Positions 1 to 11,464 of a stretch of 64,000 nt of DNA are shown piece after piece (position 1 is the first letter of the stretch; each line of letters opens with the position of its first letter). A program made the position numbers and the translations under genes. Under the pieces are notes generated by a model. The model did no database searches. It saw only the letters and a program-made list of their open reading frames with translations, and was not told the DNA's origin. Source of the stretch: Squalus acanthias (Eukaryota). The DNA lies in contig JASTWF010001532.1 of NCBI GenBank assembly GCA_030390025.1, forward strand, positions 1-64,000. Reading direction: 5' to 3'.

Positions 1-1020
1 GCTGTCGCTGCCGGAAGGCCGCACTGACGCTCCTGAGGGGGGGGGGACAACATGGCGTGCTACGTCACCGCGCTGACGGACGTCACGTTCCTCCGCCCAA
101 TCCTGGGTTGACGTCACGACGTTAACGGTTCTTCGACCACCCAATCCTGGCCATGACGTCATCACGTCGTCCGCCGTTCGCCCGCCCAATCCTGGCCGTG
201 ACGTCAACACGTTGCCCGCCGTTCGCCGGCCCCATCCTGGCCTTGACGTCACCACGTTGACCGCCGTTCGCCGGCCCAATCCTGGCCGTGACGTCACCAC
301 GTTGCCCGCCGTTCGCCGGTCCAATGCTGGCCGTGACGTCACCACGTTGCCCGCCGTTGGCCGGCGCAATCCTGGCCTTGACGTCACCACGTTGCCCGCC
401 GTTCGCCGGCCCAATCCTGGCCTTGACGTCAGCACGTTGCCCGTCGTTGGCCGGCCCAATCCTGGCCTTGACGTCAGCACGTTGCCCTCCGTTCGCCGGC
501 CCAATCCTGGCCTTGACGTCAGCACGTTGCCCGTCGTTGCTCCAACCAAATTGAAACCAGACGTCAGCACGTTGCCAAACGTCAACCGTCGACCGCTCAC
601 TCCGCCCTCGGCCTGTGACGTCGTTTCCCCGGGCCTCCACCGTTGCAGAATAATTTTCGCCTCCGGGGCTGGTGGTCGAGTGAATGTAATTTCTTCGCCT
701 TGAGGAAAGGAGAGAAACGCCGAGGCAGAAATTCAAGTTAAAGTTGGCGGTTTGATGACGTTCTCGCTGTAGCCACGCCCACCTCCCCGCCCTGCGTCTG
801 ACGTCAACACGTCCCCAATCCCGGCCCCGCCCCCTGACATCAGTTTATTTTTATTTTCTTTCGCGCAGCCACGGGGAAAAAAAAATTATCCTCACCGAAA
901 AAAAAATTGCCCACTTTTTTTGGACGGTTGGCGCTTCGATCTTCCCTGACGTCATCACGTCGCGCACCTCCGTGGGGGAGGCGTTGCGTCTTGACGTCAT
1001 GGCGTCCCCATACGTTCCTG
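1..1020. promoter_or_regulatory. CpG-island-like promoter region of an unidentified neighbouring gene
   Basis: Very CpG-dense; 13 TGACGTCA sites; CCAAT boxes; GC boxes (ccccgccc); ETS-like CCGGAAG at 11-17; YY1-like AACATGGCG at 49-57. Confidence 0.7.
97..580. repeat. 45-bp tandem repeat (~10 copies) carrying CCAAT, CRE and GTTGCC
   Basis: TGACGTCA starts at 109, 154, 199, 244, 289, 334, 379, 424, 469 and 514. Confidence 0.95.
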
Positions 1021-1032
1021 CCTCCACCTTTT

Positions 1033-1322
1033 CAGCAGAGCTCCCCTGCTGGAGGAAGGGGGAATATCACCTCTTCCTCCCCAAACCCCACCCCCACAGC
1101 AGCGCCCCCTGCTGGAGAGGGGGGGAATATCACCTCTTCCCCCCCCAACCCCACCCCCACAGCAGAGCCCCCTGCTGGAGAGGGGGGGAATATCACCTCT
1201 TCCCCCCCCAAACCCCACCCCCACAGCAGCGCCCCCTGCTGGAGGAAGGGGGAATATCACCTCTTCCCCCCCAAACCCCACCCCCACAGCAGCGCCCCCT
1301 GCTGGAGGAGGGGGGAATATCT
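1033..1322. repeat. ~63-bp tandem repeat (~4.5 copies) with CTCF-like motifs
   Basis: GCGCCCCCTGCTGG at 1102, 1229 and 1292; variants at 1039 and 1165. Confidence 0.85.
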
Positions 1323-1364
1323 CATTTATTTGCATGGTATACTCGGTCGGGTTACCTAAGAGGA

Positions 1365-2150
1365 TCAAAAACAGGAAGGCAGATTATTATCTGAACGGCA
1401 ATAGATTGGGAGAAGGGGAAGTGCAACGAGACCTGGGTGTCCTTGTGCACCAGTCGCTGAAGGTAAGCATGCAGGTGCAGCAGGCGGTGAAGAAGGCAAA
1501 TGGTATGTTGGCCTTCATAGCGAGAGGGTTCGAGTACAGGAACAAGGATGTCTTGCTGCAGTTGTACAGGGCCTTGGTGGGACCACACCTTGAGTATTGT
1601 GTGCAGTTTTGGTCGCCTTATCTGAGGAAGGATGTTCTTGCCATGGAAGGAGTTCAGCGAAGATTCACCAGACTGATACCTGGGATGGCAGGAATGACAT
1701 ACGAAGAGAGATTGGGTCGATTGGGCTTATACTCGCTGGAGTTTAGAAGAATGAGAGGGGATCTCATTGAAACTTTAAAAATTCTAACAGGACTAGACAG
1801 ACTAGATGCAGGAAGGATGTTCCCGATGGTCGGGGAGTCCAGAACCAGGGGTCACAGTCTAAGGATAAGGGGTAAGCCATTTAGGACTGAGATGAGGAGG
1901 AATTTCTTCACCCAGAGAGTGGTGAACCTGTGGAATTCTCTACCACACAAGGCAGTAGAGGCCAATTCATTAAATATATTCAAGAAGGAGTTGGATATAT
2001 TTCTTAAAGCTAAAGGGATCAAGGGATATGGGGAGAAGGCAGGGACAGGGTACTGAATTTGGATGATCAGCCATGATCTCATCGAATGGCGGAGCAGGCT
2101 CGAGGGGCTGAATGGCCTACTCCTGCTCCTATCTTCTATGATTCTATGTT
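1365..2150 (+). mobile_element. 5'-truncated CR1 LINE
   Basis: ORF2 C-terminus (RDLGV, PHLEYCVQFWSP, FFTQRVVNLWNSLP), 3' UTR and ttctatga/ttctatgt tail. Confidence 0.95.
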
Positions 2151-2195
2151 CCACATTCACCAGATGAAGCTTTTTCAGCCCACTAGCAGGTCCAA

Positions 2196-2630
2196 TTGTA
2201 CAGGGCCTTGGTGAGACCACACCTGGAGTACTGTGCACAGTTCTGGCCTCCTTATCTAAGGAAGGATATACTTGCCTTGGAGGCGGTGCAACGAAGGTTC
2301 ACCGGATTGATTCCTGGGATGAGAGGGCTGTCCTATGAGGAGAGATTGTGTAGAATGGGCCGATACTCTCTGGAGTTTAGAAGAATGAGAGGTGATCTCA
2401 TTGAAACATACAAGATTCTGAAGGGGGATTGACAGGGTAGATGCTGAGAGGTTGTTTCCCCCTGGCTGGAGTGTCTAGAACTAGGGGGCATAGTCTCAGG
2501 ATAAGGCTGAGATGAGGAGGAATTTCTTCACTCAGAGGGTTGTGAATCTTTGGAATTCTCTGCCCCAGAGGGCTGTGAATGCTGAGTCTTTGAGTATATT
2601 CAAGGCTGAGATCGATAGATTTTTGGACTC
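2196..2630 (+). mobile_element. CR1 LINE fragment
   Basis: [14 protein letters not shown]; frameshifted. Confidence 0.9.
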
Positions 2631-3620
2631 ATAGATTCATAGAAACATAGAAGATAGGAGCAGGAGTAGGCCATTCAGCCCCTCGAGCCTGTTCCGCCAT
2701 TCGATGCGATCATGGCTGATCATCCAAATTCAGTACCCTGTCCCTGCTTTCTCCCCATATCCCTTGATCCCTTTAGCCTTAAGAAATATATCCAACTCCT
2801 TCTTGAATATATTTAATGAATTGGACTCAACTGCCTTCTGTGGTAGAGAATTCCACAGGTTCACCACTCTCTGGGTGAAGAAATTCCTCCTCATCTCAGT
2901 CCTAAATGGCTTACCCCTTATCCTTAGACTGTGACCCCTGGTTCTGGACTCCCCGACCATCGGGAACATCCTTCCTGCATCTAGTCTGTCTAGTCCTGTC
3001 AGAATTTTATAAGTTTCAATGAGAACCCCTCTCATTCTTCTAAACTCCAGCGAGTATAAGCCCAATCAACCCAATCTCTCCTCATACGTCATTCCTGCCA
3101 TCCCAGGTATCAGCCTGGTGAATCTTCGCTGAACTCCTTCCATGGCAAGAACCTCCTTCCTCAGATAAGGCGACCAAAACTGCACACAGTGCTCAAGGTG
3201 TGGTCTCACCAAGGCCCTGTACAACTGCAGCAAGACATCCTTGTTCCTGTACTCAAATGCTCTCGCTATGAAGGCCAACATACCATTTGCCTTTTGAACC
3301 GCCTGCTGCACCTGCATGCTTACCTTCAGCGACTGGTGCACAAGGACACCCAGGTCTCGTTGCACTTCCCCTTCTCCCAATCTATTGCCATTCAGATAAT
3401 AATCTGCCTTCCTGTTTTTGCCACCAAAGTGGATAACCTCGCATTTATCCACGTTATATTGCATCTGCCACGCTTCTGCCCAATCACCCAACCTGTCCAA
3501 ATCATCCTGGAGTTTCTCGGCATCCTCCTCGCAGCACACACGCCCACCCAGCTTTGTGTCGTCTGCAAACTTGGAGATATTACATCTCGTTCCCTCGTCT
3601 AGATCATGAATATATATTGT
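2631..3620 (-). mobile_element. 5'-truncated CR1 LINE
   Basis: RT motif KFADDTKL through to the 3' tail; frameshift near 3065. Confidence 0.95.
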
Positions 3621-3969
3621 GTACCGAGGGAAGGGTGAGGATTGTGTCAGCAGCACGCAACAGGAACACCAGCACGGTAACAACCTGACTAATCCCATTG
3701 CAGCAGGAACTATTTGCTTCACCCCAGCCCGGTTTGGGGCTCGGGTTTTATTAAGCACAGGCCAGTAGATTATCGCTGTCGAAGATTGAAAGAACAATTG
3801 CACAGGAAGTGACTTGGTTTGGCTGTGAAATTGCACCGCTACCAGCACACCTGGTCGGGTTAATGAGACGCGTCACTCAGTCTCAAAAAGACTTTTGTTC
3901 CTTGGCCCAGATAAACCGCAACTTGCGCAGAGAAATATCTAAGATTCATCTTGGTGGGATATCGGTGCA

Positions 3970-4650
3970 GAGTCATACAGCACAGAAAGAGGCCCTTCGG
4001 CCCATCGTGTCCGCGCCGGCCATCAAGCCCTGTCTATTCTAATCCCATTTTCCAGCACTTGGTCCGTAGCCTTGTGTGCTGTGGCGTTTCAAGTGCTCAT
4101 CTAAATGCTTCTTGAATGTTGTGAGGGTTCCTGCCTCGACCACCCTTTCAGGCAGTGAGTTCCAGATTCCAACCACCCTCTGGGTGAAAAAGTTTTTCCT
4201 CAAATCCCCTCTAAACCTCCTGCCCCTTACCTTGAAACTATGCCCCCTGGTTACTGACCCCCTCTACTAAGGGGAAAAGTTCCTTTCTATCTACCCTATC
4301 TATGCCCCTCATAATTTTGTACACCTCAATCAGGTCCCCCCCCCCTCAGCCTTCTCTGCTCTAAGGAAAACAACCCCAGCCTGTCCAGTCTCTCTTCATA
4401 GCTGAAGCGCTCCAGCCCAGGTAACATCCTGGTGAATCTCCTCTGCACCCTCTCCAATGCGATCACATCCTTCCTATAGTGTGGCGACCAGAACTGCACA
4501 CAGTATTCCAGCTGTGGCCTAACTAGCGTTTTGTACAGCTCCGTCATAACCTCCCTGCTCTTATATTCTATGCCTCGGCTAATGAAGGCAAGTATCCCAT
4601 ATGCCTTCTTAACCACCTTATCTACCTGTCCTGCTGCCTTCAGGGATCTA
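3970..4650 (-). mobile_element. CR1 LINE, different subfamily
   Basis: RPQLEYCVQFWSPHYRKDV plus 3' UTR. Confidence 0.9.
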
Positions 4651-4753
4651 TGAATATGGAGGTTCACCCCCGCCGGATAAGAAATATCTCCCATGTTTTC
4701 GTCATTGTTCAGTTGGTGATTGTGTTACACTCCGGGGAACTGAACACATAAAG

Positions 4754-5890
4754 CTAGGCCGACACTCCCAGTGCAGTACTGAGGGAGCGCCGTACTGTCG
4801 GAGGGGCAGAACTGAGGGAGCGCTGCACTGTCGGAGGGTCAGTACTGAGGGAGCGCTGCACTGTCGGAGGGGCAGTACTGAGGGAGTGCCGCACTGTCGG
4901 AGGGGCAGTACTGAGGGAGCGCTGCACTGTCGGAGGGGCAGTACTGAGGGAGCGCCGCACTGTCGGAGGGGCAGTACTGAGGGAGCGCTGCACTGTCGGA
5001 GGGGCAGTACTGAGGGAGTGTTGCACTGTCGGAGGGGCAGTACTGAGGGAACGCTGCACTGTCAGAGGGGCAGTACTGAGGGAACGCTGCACTGTCGGAG
5101 GGACAGTACTGAGGGAGCGCTGCACTGTCGAAGGGGCAGTACTGAGGGAGCGCTGCACTGTCGGAGGGGCAGTGCTGAGGGAGCGCCGCACTGTCGGAGG
5201 GGCAGTACTGAGGGAGTGCTGCACTGTCGGAGGGGCAGTACTGAGGGAGTGCTGCACTGTCGGAGGGGCAGTACTGAGGGAGTGCCGCACTGTCGGAGGG
5301 GCAGTACTGAGGGAGTGCTGCACTGTCGGAGGGGCAGTACTGAGGGAGCGCTGCACTGTCAGAGGGGCAGTACTGAGGGAGCGCTGCACTGTCGGAGAGG
5401 CAGTACTGAAGGAGCGCGGCACTGTCGGAGAGGCAGTACTGAAGGAGCACTGCACTGACAGAGAGGCAGTACTGAGGGAGTGCTGCACTGAGGGAGTGCT
5501 GCACTGTCGGAGGGTCAGTTCTGAGGGAGCGCTGCACTGTCGGAGGGGCAGTACTGAGGGTCAGAGGTGCCGTCTTTCAGATGAGACGTTAAACCGAGGC
5601 CCCGTCTGCTCTCTCAGGTGGGTGTAAAAGATCCCATGGCCACTATTTCGAAGAAGAGCAGGGGGGAGTTCTCCCCGGTGCCCTGGGGCCAATATTTATC
5701 CCTCAAACAGCATAACAAAAACAGATTATCCGGTCATCATCACATTGCTGTTTGTGGGATCTTGCTGTGCGCAAATTGGCAGCCACGTTTCCCTCATTAC
5801 AACAGTGACTACACTTCAAAAAGTACTTCATTGGCTGTAAAGCGCTTTGAGACGTCTGGTGGTCGTGAAAGGCGCTATATAAATGCAAGT
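4754..5890 (+). mobile_element. Deu-domain SINE (SacSINE1-like) with an internal 33-bp unit amplified ~24 times
   Basis: Deu-like core gtgccgtctttcagatgagacgttaaaccgagg...taaaagatccc; L2-like tail gtaaagcgcttt...ggcgctatataaatgcaagt. Confidence 0.8.
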
Positions 5891-5894
5891 TGGA

Positions 5895-6445
5895 GACAGT
5901 TCAGAGAAGGTCTCCTTACCTAAGGAAAGATATACTTGCCATAGAGGGAGTGCAACCAAGGTTCACGAGATTGATTCCTGGGATGGCGGGACTGTCGTAT
6001 GAGAAGAGATTGAGTAAACTAGGCCTGTATTCTCTTGAATTCAGAAGAATGAGAGGGGATCTCATTGAAGTATACAAAATTACTACAGGGCTTGATAGGG
6101 TGGATGCTGGGAGAATGTTTCCATTGGCTGGGGAGTCTAGAACCAGGGGCCACAGCCTCAGGATAAAGGGTAGGCCATTCAGGACTGAGATGAGAAGAAA
6201 TGTCTTCACACAGAGGGTGGTGAATCTTTGGAATTCTCTACCCCAGAGGGTTGTGGAGGCTCAGTCATTGGGTATATTCAAAACAGAAGTCGATAGATTT
6301 CTGACTAGTAAAGGCATCAAGGGATATGGCGATGGGGCCGGTGAATGGAGTTGAGGCAGAAGATCGGCCATGATCTCATTGAATGGCGGAGCAGGCTCGA
6401 GGGGCCAAATGGCCTTCACCTGCTCCTATTTCCGATGTTCTAAGT
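5895..6445 (+). mobile_element. 5'-truncated CR1 LINE
   Basis: ORF2 C-terminus and 3' UTR. Confidence 0.92.
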
Positions 6446-6468
6446 CTTTCTTATATTTACCGATAATG

Positions 6469-6742
6469 GGGCAGAAATTCGGCTGTTGTCGGGAGAGTAC
6501 GCGCTGTGTACTCACCCGTGGACGGAACAAAAGTGACGGTTTCTTGCATGCGCTGTGCATGCGCGGGAAACCGGCACTTCCCGTTCCCCTGAAGGAAGGG
6601 GTTCAGAGGTCGAACGCGCACGCCGGAGGGACCAGTGCCTTCGCCTCGCGCTTCGGGTTTTTTTTTTTACAGGTTCCTCCATGAGGGTAAACACGGAGAA
6701 GATACACTTTGAAAAAGGAGGCGCAAGGCCTTCTTTTAACAA
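6469..6742 (+). mobile_element. Left part of a MITE (same family as 43092 and 47515)
   Basis: Begins ggggcagaaattcgg; shares cccgttcccctgaaggaaggggttcagagg with the other copies. Confidence 0.7.
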
Positions 6743-6762
6743 CTGTGAGAAGTCGCACAACA

Positions 6763-7040
6763 CAGAATCACAGTATCCCCACAGTGCAGATAGAGGCCAT
6801 TTCGGCCCATCGAGCCTGCACCGACACAGATCCCACCCTATCCCCATAACCCCACGTATTTAATCCCACTAACACTAAGGGTCAATTTATCATAGCCAAA
6901 TCAACCTAACCCGGAGGAAACCCACGCAGACACGGGGAGAATGTGCAAACTCCACACAGACAGTCACCCGAGGCCGGATTCGAACCCGGGTCCCTGGCGC
7001 TGTGAGGCAACGGTGCTAACACTATGCCACCGTGTTGCCC
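6763..7040 (-). mobile_element. HE1/V-SINE (tRNA-derived)
   Basis: B box GGTTCGAATCC; V-domain tgtgtggagtttgcacattctccccgtgtctgcgtgggtttcctccggg; CR1-like tail. Confidence 0.88.
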
Positions 7041-7413
7041 GGAAGTTATCCACTTTGGTAGAAAAAACAGCAAGGCAGAGTATTTTCTAAATGGTGAAAG
7101 ATTGGGGAATGCAGATGCTCAAAGGGACCTGGGTGTCCTTGTACATGAGTCACTGAAAGTGAATGTGCAGGTGCAGCAAGCCATTAGGAAGGCAAATGGT
7201 ATGCTGGCCTTCATTACAAGAGGATTTGAGTACAGGAGTAAAGAAGTCTTACTCCAATTATATAGGGCCTTGGTGAGACCACACCTGGAGTACTGTGTAC
7301 AATTTTGGTCTCCTTACCTAAGGAAGATATACTTGCCATAGAGGCAGTGCAACGAAGGTTCACGAGATTGATTCCTGGGATGGCGGGACTGTCTTATGAG
7401 AAGAGATTGAGTA
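7041..7413 (+). mobile_element. Internal CR1 fragment fused to the 67-bp satellite
   Basis: EVIHFGRKN...RPHLEYCVQFWSPY; no CR1 3' end. Confidence 0.9.
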
Positions 7414-8211
7414 AGGGCAGGTACAGCACGGGGTTAGATACAGAGTAAAGCTCCCTCTACACTGTCCCATCAAACACTCCCAGGGCAGGTACAGCATGGG
7501 TTAGATACAGAGTAAAGCTCCCTCTACACTGTCCCATCAAACACTCGCAGGGTAGGTACAGCACGGAGTTAGATACAGAGTAAAGCTCCCTCTACACTGT
7601 CCCATCAAATACTCCCAGGGCAGGTACAGCACGGGTTAGATACAGAGTAAAACTCCCTCTACACTGTCCCATCAAACAGTCCCAGGGCAGGTACAGCACG
7701 GGTTAGATACAGAGTAAAGCTCCCTCTACACTGTCTCATCAAACACTCGCAGGGCAGGTACAGCACGGGTTAGATACAGAGTAAAGCTCCCTCTACACTG
7801 TCCCATCAAACACTCCCAGGGCAGGTACAGCACGGGTTAGATACAGAGTAAAGCTCCCTCTACACTGTCCCATCAAACACTCCCAGGGCAGGTACAACAT
7901 GGGTTAGATACAGAGTAAAGCTCCCTCTACACTGTCCCATCAACCACTCCCAGGGAAGGTACAGCACGGGTTAGATACAGAGTAAAGCTCCCTCTACACT
8001 GTCCCGTCAAACACTCCCAGGGCAGGTACAGCACGGGTTAGATACAGAGTAAAGCTCCCTCTACACTGTCCCATCAAACACTCCCAGGCAGGTACAGCAC
8101 GGGTTAGATACAGAGTAAAGCTGCCTCTACACTGTCCCATCAAACACTCCCAGGGCAGGTACAGCACGGGTTAGATACAGAGTAAAGCTCCCTCTACACT
8201 GCCCCATCAAC
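7414..8211. repeat. 67-bp satellite, ~12 copies
   Basis: Unit gggttagatacagagtaaagctccctctacactgtcccatcaaacactcccagggcaggtacagcac. Confidence 0.95.
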
Positions 8212-8231
8212 CACTATGCCACCGTGTCGCC

Positions 8232-8530
8232 CACAACACCAGGTTATAGTCCAACAGCTTTATTTGAAATCACAAGCTTCGGGTAAGCGTTCTCCAAGGC
8301 GGCCTTCGAGACACACGACAACGCAAAATCGTCGAGCAGAAACTGAGAGCCAAGTTCCGCACCCATGAGGACGGCCTCGACCGGGATGTTGGGTTCATGT
8401 CACGCTACATGTAACCCCACCTGACGTAGAGTCATCCAGACTCGAGTCGTCGTTGGCTTGTTCTCTCTACACAGATGCGGCCGGACCGGCTGTGATTTCC
8501 AGCAAAAACAGTCTTTTGTTTTCCATACAG
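8232..8530 (+). mobile_element. Penelope-like retroelement fragments
   Basis: LQGGLRDTRQRKIVEQKL.AKFRTHEDGLDRD.GFMSRYM resembles the GIY-YIG C-terminus of Penelope elements. Confidence 0.65.
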
Positions 8531-8689
8531 ACCCCAGCATCTGCCACAATTGACCCCTTGTGACCCCACCTCATTGTCTTTGATGTAATGTTTTCCTGAC
8601 TGACCTGTGTGGACACCATCCACACCTTTGATTGCCGTGATTGTCTCTCTGCCGAGGTGTGATAAAGGGCAGTTAGAAAGATTAACTGT

Positions 8690-9800
8690 AGTCACCTGGA
8701 TAGAGAACTGGTTGGCGGACAGAAAGCAGAGAGTAGGAATTAATGGGTCTTTTTCCGAGTGGCAGGCAGTGACTGGTCGGGTACCGCAGGGATCGGTCCT
8801 TGGACCCCAGCTATTCACAATATACATTAATGATCTGGATAAGGGAACTAAATGTAATATCTCCAAGTTTGCAGATGACACAAAACTGGGTGGGCGTGTG
8901 TGCTGCGAGGAGGATACCGAGAAACTCCAGGATGATTTGGACAGGTTGGGTGATTGGGCAGAAGCGTGGCAGATGCAATATAACGTGGATAAATGCGAGG
9001 TTATCCACTTTGGTGTCAAAAACAGAAAGGCAGACTATTATCTGAATGGCAATAGATTGGGAGAAGGGGAAGTACAACGAGACCTGGGTGTCCTTGTGCA
9101 CCAGTCGCTGAAGGTAAGCATGCAGGTGCAGCAGGCGGTGAAGAAGGCAAATGGTATGTTGGCCTTCATAGCGAGAGGATTCGAGTATAGGAACAGGGAT
9201 GTCCTGCTGCAGTTGTACAGGGCCTTGGTGAGACCACACCTTGAGTACTGTGTGCAGTTTTGGTCGCCTTATCTGAGGAAGGATGTTCTTGCCATGGAAG
9301 GAGTTCAGCGAAGATTCACAAGGCTGATACCTGGGATGGCAGGAATGACATATGAGGAGAGATTGGGTCGATTGGGCTTATACTCGCTGGAGTTTAGAAG
9401 AATGAGAGGGGATCTCATTGAAACATATAAAATTCTGACGGGTCTGGACAAACTAGATGCAGGAAGAATGTTCCCGATGGTCGGAGAGTCCAGAACCAGG
9501 GGTCATAATCTAAGGATAAGGGGTAAGCCATTTAGGACAGAAATGAGGAAGAATTTCTTCACCCAGAGAGTGGTGAACCTGTGGAATTCTCTACCACAGA
9601 AGGCAGTAGAGGCCAATTCATTAAATATATTCAAGAAGGAGTTAGATATATTTCTTAAGGCTAAAGGGTCAAGGGATATGGGAGAGAAGCAGGGACAGGG
9701 TACTGAGTTTGGATGATCAGCCATGATCTCATTAATGGCGGAGCAGGCTCGAGGGGCCGAATGGCCTACTCCTGCTCCTATCTTCTATGTTTCTATGTTT
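8690..9800 (+). mobile_element. 5'-truncated CR1 LINE (longest copy in the window)
   Basis: VPQGSVLGP and KFADDTKL RT motifs, 3' UTR and tail. Confidence 0.95.
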
Positions 9801-10559
9801 CCAAGTGCCTGGTGACCTTAAATTCAGGTGCAGATGCTTTGAGGCTGAACTCTGCAACACCGTCCACGGCGAACTTGACTGAACGCAAAAAGTGACCAAA
9901 TGTACCGACAACTTTGAGGGCGAGAGACTGCTGGGCTAAAACATACGTAAAATAAGTGACACGTTTGCAAGCTGGGGGGTTTTTTCCCCCTCCGAAAGAT
10001 AAGATCTTGAAAGTTCTGTGAGAACAAAACGAGTCAACCACCTTCAGACGTGAAAAGAATGGACTGGATTTTCATAGGGCCGTGGAGTCGGGTTTGGAGG
10101 CGTGCGTGGGGGGTTAAAATTGCGAAAAGTGGCGGGCGGACCCGATCCCGACCCCATCCCGCCTCCACGCAATTTTGACAAAATCGGTCGCGGGGTTCCT
10201 GACTCTGTCCCGCCTTCCAAGAGGCGGGAGAGGCCATTAAAGCCCTTAACAAGCCCTAAATTGGCTCTGTAATGCCATTGTGAAACGTTTTAGCTAGTTT
10301 AACCCTTTTCCCACGTGAAGCACGCCCGATGTGAAACACGGCAGTGAAACCTGGCAGGAGCACAAGTGGATAGCTGACTATCAGCTGCAGGTCCACTATT
10401 ACAACGGAGATGTGAGGAAGGTAGTAGTAGTATTAGGTCTGAAAGTCGCCTCTGATGCTGCTGCATTGAAGGTCTTCAGAGACTGCCTGGCCTTTGCTGT
10501 GAGAGGACCTGGATGGAAAATGAGCAGCAGCTCAGAGAGAGAGAGAGAGAGTGAATTTT

Positions 10560-11412
10560 TTTTTCCATCCCACTCCCTCCCCTTTCCCCTCCCTCCCCCT
10601 CCTCCCTCCCTCCTTCTCCCCTTTCCCATCCTCCCCCTCCCCCCAATCTCTCCCCAACCCCTCCCTCTACTCCATCCTCCTCCATCTCCCCACTCGCCCT
10701 CTCTCTCCCCTTCCCCCGCCCCCTCCCCCCCCACCTCCACCGTCGAACACCTTCCCCCCACAACACCCTCCTTGACCCCTCACCCTCCAGTCCCCCTCCC
10801 CGACCGACGAACACCTCCCATCCCCCCACAACACACCCACCCCCTCCCCTCCCACTCCCTCAGCCTTCCCCTCCCTCCCTTTCCTCCCCTCCCTCCCCCT
10901 CCTCCCTCTCCCCTTTCCCCTTCTCCCTCTCCTCCCCCTCCCTCCCGCTGCCCAACCTCTCCCCCTCCCCAACCCCTCCCTCTACTCCAACCTCCTCCAT
11001 CTCCCCACTCCCCCCTCTCTCTCCCCTCCCCCCTCCCCCCTCGACTGACGAACATCTCCCTTCCCCCCACAACCCACCTTCACCCCTCCCCACCAGTTAC
11101 ACCCCCAACCCCCACCTTCACCCCTCCCCCTCCCCCCCACAGTCCCCCTCCCCCTCCCCTCGACCATTGAACGCCTCCCTTCCCCCCACAACACATCTTC
11201 ACCCCCTCCCCATCCCACTCCCTCCACCAGCAACACCCCAACCCCCACCTTCACCCCTCCCCCCTTCTAGTCCCCCTCCCCGACTGACGAACAGCTCCCT
11301 TCCCCCCACAACACACCCACACCCCTCCCCTCCCTCAGCCTTCGCCTCCCTCCCCATCCCTTTCCCCTCCCTCCCTCCCCCTCCTTCCCTTTCCGCTCTC
11401 CCCCCTCTCCCA
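10560..11412. repeat. Polypyrimidine (C/T on + strand) low-complexity tract
   Basis: Runs of CCCT/CCCC with degenerate internal repeats. Confidence 0.9.
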
Positions 11413-11458
11413 GTCACGTGACACAGAACACCTCGACAAGATTTCTATCAAACTGAAC

Positions 11459-11464
11459 TTTATT
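11459..11464 (-). terminator. Putative poly(A) signal of TAPBPR
   Basis: First AATAAA I could find on the minus strand after the stop codon, followed by a GU-rich downstream element (gtgttctgtgtc). Confidence 0.65.

Noticed and set aside
1-53. Possible minus-strand start GCCATG (MLSPPPQERQ...)
   Set aside because: Too short to identify and runs off the window; the same bases form a YY1-like motif.
122-736. 204-aa and 163-aa repetitive ORFs
   Set aside because: By-product of the GC-rich 45-bp repeat; non-ATG starts and no recognisable domain.
6975-7040. tRNA gene
   Set aside because: The A/B boxes belong to a V-SINE head that continues into SINE body sequence.
8607-9716. 369-aa reverse transcriptase ORF as an active element or host gene
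   Set aside because: 5'-truncated CR1 without endonuclease or ORF1, frameshifted at the end.
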